A stretch of DNA of 44,648 bases from assembly GCF_001194135.2 (NCBI RefSeq), contig NC_068983.1, positions 131,908,170 to 131,952,817 of the forward strand. The letters are read 5' to 3'. A program made the position numbers and the translations under genes. The notes beneath the pieces are model-generated. The model ran no database searches. It was not told the DNA's origin and saw only the letters and a program-made list of their open reading frames with translations. Source of the stretch: Octopus bimaculoides (Eukaryota). Shown here in pieces: positions 38,331-44,648 of this stretch (positions are counted from its first letter, which is position 1; each line of letters begins with the position of its first letter).

Positions 38331-38793
38331 TATTCCTTTTTTGTCCGACTAGTGTAGGATGATTTGTAAAAAGGTCAGAAACGTTATCTATTCACTCTAA
38401 CGAAGCAATTAAGTATGAATTAAAAAGTTAGCTAAGTGGATTTAAAGGATTGTAACTTTCTAAGAATATATAGTTTTCTTTACCATTTCTCATTACCTCA
38501 CTTCACGCTATTTTTAACCTTGAAATAAATATAACGCTGACAGCACTGTACGAACAATAGTAATTAAAATTTGCTGAAATAAAGAAAAAGCTTATCTTCT
38601 ATCATCGAAAGCCGGCATATTAAATTTTACATTTTAAGCCGATGTATTGGAAAACGAGTAGAGTTTGGTATTAAATGCCTTCAGTTAATAATTTACGTCC
38701 AGTTACGTTCAAATTCTACCGCTATTATTTTAGCATCACATAATTCTGATGTCAATAACGTAATTATCGTTCAATACTTGGATCAATTTAGTG

Positions 38794-38838
<45 letters not shown>

Positions 38839-39515
38839 NNNNNNNNNNNNNNNNNNNNNNNNNNNNNNNNNNNNNNNNNNNNNNNNNNNNNNNNNNNNNN
38901 NNNNNNNNNNNNNNNNNNNNNNNNNNNNNNNNNNNNNNNNNNNNNNNNNNNNNNNNNNNNNNNNNNNNNNNNNNNNNNNNNNNNNNNNNNNNNNNNNNNN
39001 NNNNNNNNNNNNNNNNNNNNNNNNNNNNNNNNNNNNNNNNNNNNNNNNNNNNNNNNNNNNNNNNNNNNNNNNNNNNNNNNNNNNNNNNNNNNNNNNNNNN
39101 NNNNNNNNNNNNNNNNNNNNNNNNNNNNNNNNNNNNNNNNNNNNNNNNNNNNNNNNNNNNNNNNNNNNNNNNNNNNNNNNNNNNNNNNNNNNNNNNNNNN
39201 NNNNNNNNNNNNNNNNNNNNNNNNNNNNNNNNNNNNNNNNNNNNNNNNNNNNNNNNNNNNNNNNNNNNNNNNNNNNNNNNNNNNNNNNNNNNNNNNNNNN
39301 NNNNNNNNNNNNNNNNNNNNNNNNNNNNNNNNNNNNNNNNNNNNNNNNNNNNNNNNNNNNNNNNNNNNNNNNNNNNNNNNNNNNNNNNNNNNNNNNNNNN
39401 NNNNNNNNNNNNNNNNNNNNNNNNNNNNNNNNNNNNNNNNNNNNNNNNNNNNNNNNNNNNNNNNNNNNNNNNNNNNNNNNNNNNNNNNNNNTATATATAT
39501 ATATATATATATATA

Positions 39516-39666
39516 TTAGTAGTTCTTTGACTGCTATTTCTAAATTTTCAGTATGTTGGTGAAGCAATCTCATGCTGATCCCTATATACTTATAATTATA
39601 AATGTTTTTACCAATAAAGGGCTTTTTTTGCATACGGAACTACTTGGCAAAAGTGTTGATTATTAA
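39516..39666 (+). repeat. 151-bp direct repeat, copy 1
   Basis: Aligns without indels to 40064-40214 with 8 substitutions. Confidence 0.95.
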
Positions 39667-39907
39667 TTTTATTAACTAATTGGCAATTCCCTGCCTTATA
39701 TCTGTATTTATATTGATGGTCTTCTATTGGATGGTTAAAATGCAGTCTTTTTTTGCGGGACTATTTGTGGCGCACATGGGGTAATTCTTGAGGAGAGATG
39801 CGGAACTCACTGGTCGATAAATTTGTGAATGCATTTTCTAATGTGATTTTGATGTCGCATGGTCAAATACACATGAGTATATGTGCATTTTCAGGTTTAT
39901 TTTGTAC

Positions 39908-39966
39908 ATCATGCTGATGAGTGGAAAAGAATATTATATTCTTAATCACGAAACGTCGTACATGAT
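39908..39966 (+). ncRNA. Type I hammerhead ribozyme motif (minimal helix III, Penelope/retrozyme type)
   Basis: Helix I AUCAUG (39908-13) pairs with CAUGAU (39961-66). CUGAUGA at 39914-20. Helix II GUGG/UCAC, a 2x2 AA/AA loop, then AAGAAUA/UAUUCUU. GAAA at 39950-53. Helix III A-C-[GUC]-G-U. Cleavage triplet GUA, predicted cut 3' of A39960. All core nucleotides are present. Confidence 0.88.
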
Positions 39967-40063
39967 TAACTAAAGGCAAGTTTGTTTTTATTTTCTGTTC
40001 TGTTTTTGTTCTATGTGTGCCGTAAATATCGCCATCCGTTAGAGAAAAAATTGTAGTTTAGAA

Positions 40064-40214
40064 TTAGTAGTTCTTTGACTGGTATTTCTAAATTTTCAGT
40101 ATGTTGGTGAAGCAATCTCATGCTGATCCCTATATATTTATAATTATAAATATTTTTACCGATAAAGGTCTTTTTTTGCATACTGAACTACTTGGCAAAA
40201 TTGTTAATTATTAA
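40064..40214 (+). repeat. 151-bp direct repeat, copy 2 (ends at a gap)
   Basis: Matches 39516-39666; period 548 bp; cut off by the 10-N gap at 40215. Confidence 0.95.
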
Positions 40215-40224
40215 NNNNNNNNNN

Positions 40225-40283
<59 letters not shown>

Positions 40284-40676
40284 TATACATACATATATAT
40301 ATACATATATGTATAAATACCTACATATATATATACATATGTAACTGTACTCATACATATACATGGTGCGATGGTTAAATTGCCGCCCTATTATATTTTT
40401 TATTTCGCACATGCACCTTGCTTTATTTTATTTTGTCAACTACACAGTATGGTAGGGTCAGTGACTGTAAATATATCACCTGCTCTGACCAGTAATCTTC
40501 ATGCTTGCAGCAAATGTGAACTACTTTGCAAATCGTTAGTATTCGATTTAAGCATTACAACTGACAAAGAAAGAGTACGCTTTCNNNNNNNNNNNNNNNN
40601 NNNNNNNNNNNNNNNNNNNNNNNNNNNNNNNNNNNNNNNNNNNNNNNNNNNNNNNNNNNNNNNNNNNNNNNNNNNN

Positions 40677-40755
40677 GGGGGGCTAAACATAGAGGGAACA
40701 CACAAGGGCAGACAAAGGGATTAAGTTGATTACATCAACCCCCGTACATAACTGA
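40677..40755 (-). mobile_element. SINE family A 3' part, alternative tail
   Basis: Reverse complement reads CAGTTATGTACGGGGGTTGATGTAATCAACTTAATCCCTTTGTCTGCCCTTGTGTGTTCCCTCTATGTTTAGCCCC. Confidence 0.7.
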
Positions 40756-41344
40756 GAATTGTTTCAATATTTCATCAGTTCTCCGAAGCATCAGCGCCAC
40801 CTAAAACCGAGGTATCGCTTTTGTAGAATCATAGTCCCATGTTGGGCTCTAATGGATGAACAATTTGAGTCTAAGCATGTGTTCGATGTGTCTATATTTC
40901 TGAAAGATATTCACGTGAGAAAATATTATGATTACAGACCTTAATTTTTTCCATCCTCATTGTGAATATCAAGCGTACATATTAATTGTTTAAGCGGAAA
41001 CACAGTTAATGTAGTAATCTGTGCTGAGTAAGATTTCTAATACCCATCGTTGCTGCAATCGAAACCAAGAACAATAATAGTGACTTTGTTCTCATTCCGC
41101 AATAAGACATAGTTTAAAAGTTTATTGAAGGAAGTGAGGAATAGGATTTACTGGATCCACTTTACAGTGAAATTAGGATATCCATTAAAATTTCGAAATA
41201 ATGATTTTTGAGGAACTGTTGCCTTCGATTAGGTTCTTTTCTTTTTCTCTTTGTCCAGACAGGTTACATATATTCCTTAGTGTCATGACCTTTCATCTGC
41301 AAATTTACATCAGATCAAATCAGTGTATGATGATGTTGGCTTAT

Positions 41345-41925
41345 TTTGTGTGTGTTTCTGTGTATTTGTGTTAGCATGTGTATGTGTGCATGTATCTGCT
41401 TTAATGTATGCAAGATTCTTGTATATGTAACAGTGAATGTGTGCTTGTGCATATATTCTTTGGCATGTTTATCAATAATTTTCATGAGTGTTTATCTGTG
41501 TATACACTTATACTGTCTGTGTGTGTGTTCTTTCTGTTTACCTTTCTGTGTGTGTGTGTGTGTGTATCTGTGGGAGATGCTCGTATGCATCTTTGTCCTG
41601 TTGTGTATCGCGTTGCGTGTGCTTGCGATTTCGCTTCCATTTAATGTATCTGCGTGTGTTTGCTTTTTTGGTTGTTTTGCATTCTTTCTCTGTGTTTGCA
41701 TAAATTTGTGTACGTATGGTTGAGTTTTGTGTATCTGTATGTATGCTTATGTGCTTGTGTGTGGCCTTGCTTCCATACGAAGGCGTTTCTGTCTATCTCT
41801 CTCTTTCTCTCTCTCTCTCCCTCTTTCTCTCCTACCTTTCTCACTTTTTCTCTCCCCTTCGCCGCCCTCCCTCTCTCTCTTTCTGTTCGTGCAGGTGATT
41901 TTGTGTAGTGGTTTGTGTTATATAT
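41345..41925. repeat. Degenerate (TG)n-rich then (CT)n-rich low-complexity tract
   Basis: Direct reading; source of the many C/V/L/S-rich pseudo-ORFs. Confidence 0.85.
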
Positions 41926-42470
41926 ATGATGATATCTGATTAAAACGCAATGGAAACATCAGACCTTTTACATGGCTTTAGGATGTATGGCTGCTTAAAC
42001 GTGCCAAATGATCACGACAATGCACACAATGTTTTATAGACATTAAAAACACCCGCTAAAATACTGTCTTAATGGAAATCGTATCGTTACTCAGAGTTAA
42101 AACGTGACTTGACTTATTATCTCATCTCTTGTTATTTTATTTTTATATACTGTCTGTATTGCTTATGAAATATTTTCTTAAAAGCAGTAGTTAACCTTCA
42201 GAAATATTCTGCTGTTATTACAACCGGGTATTTACAAACGGCGAATATGCACAATAATAAAAACGATAGAGAATATTTACTCATGTTAAAAGCAACAAAC
42301 CAACAGTTAGTGCAAAATATTTCCATGACGGTTTTAAGATATGATGAAAACAATATATTTGGTAAAATTTTACGTTTTTGTTTTGCTTTAAACGTTATAT
42401 CTTTTTCTCACAAATTACTATAGATTCGTGCAGCATAATGGTGGTTGCGCTTTTTCATTCGTTCTCATAA

Positions 42471-42650
42471 CATTCGTTTCTACTCTAAGCACAAGGCCCG
42501 ACATTTTGAGAGAAAAGACCAGTCGATTAGATCGACTCCAATACGCCACTGGTACTTAATTCACTGACCCAGAAAAGATGAAAGGCAAAGTTGACCTCAG
42601 CGGGAATTTGAACTCAGAATGTGCTAACGTTTCTGCCAACTCGCCTCTTT
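42471..42650 (-). mobile_element. SINE family A with internal deletion and a 14-bp target-site duplication
   Basis: Core GATGAAAGGCAAAGTTGACCTCAGCGGGAATTTGAACTCAGAA; ATTCGTTCTCATAA occurs at 42457-42470 and 42651-42664. Confidence 0.9.
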
Positions 42651-42680
42651 ATTCGTTCTCATAATATTAAATGCCTGCCT

Positions 42681-42910
42681 AAAGGTGGTAAACTGTGAAA
42701 ATCGTTAGATCGTAGCAAAAACAGCTTGTCCGTATTTTTCTGCTTTTTTGTTTTTTTTTAAGGTCTGAGTTCAAATTCCTCCGAGGTCGACTTTGCCTTT
42801 CATCTTTTCGGAGTCCATCAAATAATTACTTACTGAGCACTTGGATCGGTGTATTTGATTAATCTTCTCCTGCCAAATTTGCGGCTTTGTGCCAAAGTTT
42901 GAAACCAGTT
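42681..42910 (+). mobile_element. SINE family A, opposite orientation to its neighbour
   Basis: TCTGAGTTCAAATTCCTCCGAGGTCGACTTTGCCTTTCATC core and GCCAAATTTGCGGCTTTGTGCCAAAGTTTGAAACC tail. Confidence 0.85.
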
Positions 42911-42924
42911 TTATATGCCTAAAG

Positions 42925-43020
42925 ATGTTCAAATCGTGTTGCGGTGAACTTCGTCTTTCATCTCAAGATCGATAAGTTATAGTGAATGTTAAGTTCTGTA
43001 GTCGATATAACCCACTACAC
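42925..43020 (+). mobile_element. Decayed SINE family A core fragment
   Basis: GTTCAAATCGTGTTGCGGTGAACTTCGTCTTTCATC...GATCGATAAG. Confidence 0.5.
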
Positions 43021-44648
43021 AGTTCAAAATATCTAATCTAATCACTTTGTTACTTTGAGGCTGCATCTCTTTGTAATTTGATGCTAGTAAGAAAATAACT
43101 ACTTCGAAATGCATGAACCCATTAATTCACAGAAGGACGCTCCGAACAAAACATAGTGTGGTTAGATCCTTTTTGTTTACATCAAGAATAATTCTCCATG
43201 ACAAACTACATTGAATAGCTTTTTTCATGCGGGTTGATGTATCTCTCAAAAGTTTTTCAACTAGTATCAATGTTGTATCTATCTATTTATCTATTTATCT
43301 ATCTCTATCTGCCTTTCTATCTCCCCCTCTCTCTCTCTCTGTATATATATGTTTGTGTGTGTGAGTGTGTGTATGTGTGCGCGTATGTATGCAAAGAAAC
43401 ACCTGCATTGCTGTATGATATCTACATTTTCTAATACATCTCCTTTTATACTTGACTCTTACTTGACAATCAACAGAAACACACATATATGTATACACAT
43501 ATGTAAATACATATAAATACATATATATTCCTATAAGTAGAAGTATATATGTTGTAAAATACAAGTACATAAGAAAGCAAAGCTGATATACATACAAGGT
43601 AAAAGTCTACTACTGACAAACACTTATTTGGGGATGATTAGGCTCAAATATGAATCTCTGCTTGTTTGAGATATACATATACCTAAACATATACATATAC
43701 CTAAGCAGTAAATGTGCCATCAAAAATCATGATATTTTCTATAGGATCATATACAATCTTATTTGTAGCGTTGGCTTTGGGCAATACTCTGCTCTATTTG
43801 AGGAAAGAACAATGCTTGATGTGGAGATGTTGTGAAAGAAAAAATAAACATCGAGGAATTGCCATAGTGTTTAGAGGAATCAGGAAATGAGGGGTAGGTG
43901 TAAGTGTAGAATGGGAAAATATAGGTTAAAGAAAAACCAATCAATGTGAATGTGGTGAATAGAATTATATTACAATAATATTGTATTCTGCTCTCTTTGA
44001 TAAGTAAACAGCCTCGTTTACATAGTGAAATGGTGCTTACTGAATTATAGAGGTAGTAAGGCTGCTGATTGTGTTTCAATGTCGTAGAAAATATTTGTTG
44101 CTGTGTTTACATTTTACAACATAATTCACGTCCGGTGCTCAAATATATAAGAGGGAATTAATTTTGTACTACAGTGTATGAGCTTCTTTACATCTGAGCA
44201 GAATTCATGATTCTTGTTTCCATTTGAACATGGTTTTTAATTGTGAACTTTTCTACACATAAGCTGACACACGCGTGTTTATGTCTACAAACTTTCTACA
44301 CATAAGCAGACACACGCGCGCGGGTGTACATAGAGGCACATACGTTTGTATATACATTTATATACATATGTATATTTCTCTGTGTGTGTAAGTGTATTCC
44401 ATTGTTTTTGTTTTTTGTTGGTCTTTTATAAATAACTCAGAAAAACACTTTCTAAAAGAAATTTTGAAAAGCTATACTTTTATGTATTCGAGTTACTCTT
44501 GGTTATAGATATATATGGTCATAAAGTTCCCATTCGTTTCAGGACTACTATTTCCCAGTGCAATCTTAGACTCAAAAACCAAGCCAACTTTCTAACCGGT
44601 TCTTGTCTTAACTGAGATTATACTACGCAAATACATAAAAGTATATAT

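Larger units (their letters stand above)
39516..40214 (+). mobile_element. Candidate non-autonomous hammerhead-bearing retroelement (retrozyme-like / Penelope-dependent)
   Basis: Non-coding 548-bp unit plus at least 151 bp of repeat, one hammerhead, and (TA)n on both sides (39492-39515 and from 40225, the latter across a gap). Confidence 0.6.

Noticed and set aside
40754-40783. Minus-strand GAGAA-CUGAUGA-AAUAUU-GAAAC-AA-UUCUC, hammerhead-like with a 5-bp helix I
   Set aside because: No helix III and no U16.1 before the cleavage position; helix II lacks G10.1-C11.1.

Overview
AT-rich, repeat-saturated eukaryotic non-coding DNA from a gapped short-read assembly (10 N-runs, mostly bordered by dinucleotide microsatellites). 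The SINE families, Dong/R4 relics and microsatellite density look like an octopus (cephalopod) genome; this is inference from remembered repeat consensus sequences. No intact protein-coding gene, rRNA or tRNA gene is recognisable. Most long ORFs in the supplied track are artefacts of N-runs or simple repeats. Content: (i) four R4/Dong-clade non-LTR retrotransposon relics clustered around (AAT)n/(AAG)n tracts at 1-4.7 kb; (ii) about 15 tRNA-derived SINE copies or fragments of at least three families, two with perfect target-site duplications; (iii) two decayed Tc1/mariner transposases (mariner-type at 22.5-23.4 kb, maT-like at 26.5-27.0 kb); (iv) an RTE-type 3' end; (v) many micro/minisatellites and small tandem duplications; (vi) one candidate spliced exon at 27148-27372. 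The standout is a complete type I hammerhead ribozyme motif at 39908-39966 (CUGAUGA/GAAA core, 6-bp helix I, extended helix II, minimal palindromic helix III, GUA cleavage site). It lies inside a non-coding 548-bp unit bounded by 151-bp direct repeats and sitting between (TA)n tracts. This is the architecture expected of a retrozyme-like or Penelope-dependent non-autonomous element that could yield a self-cleaving, possibly circular RNA.
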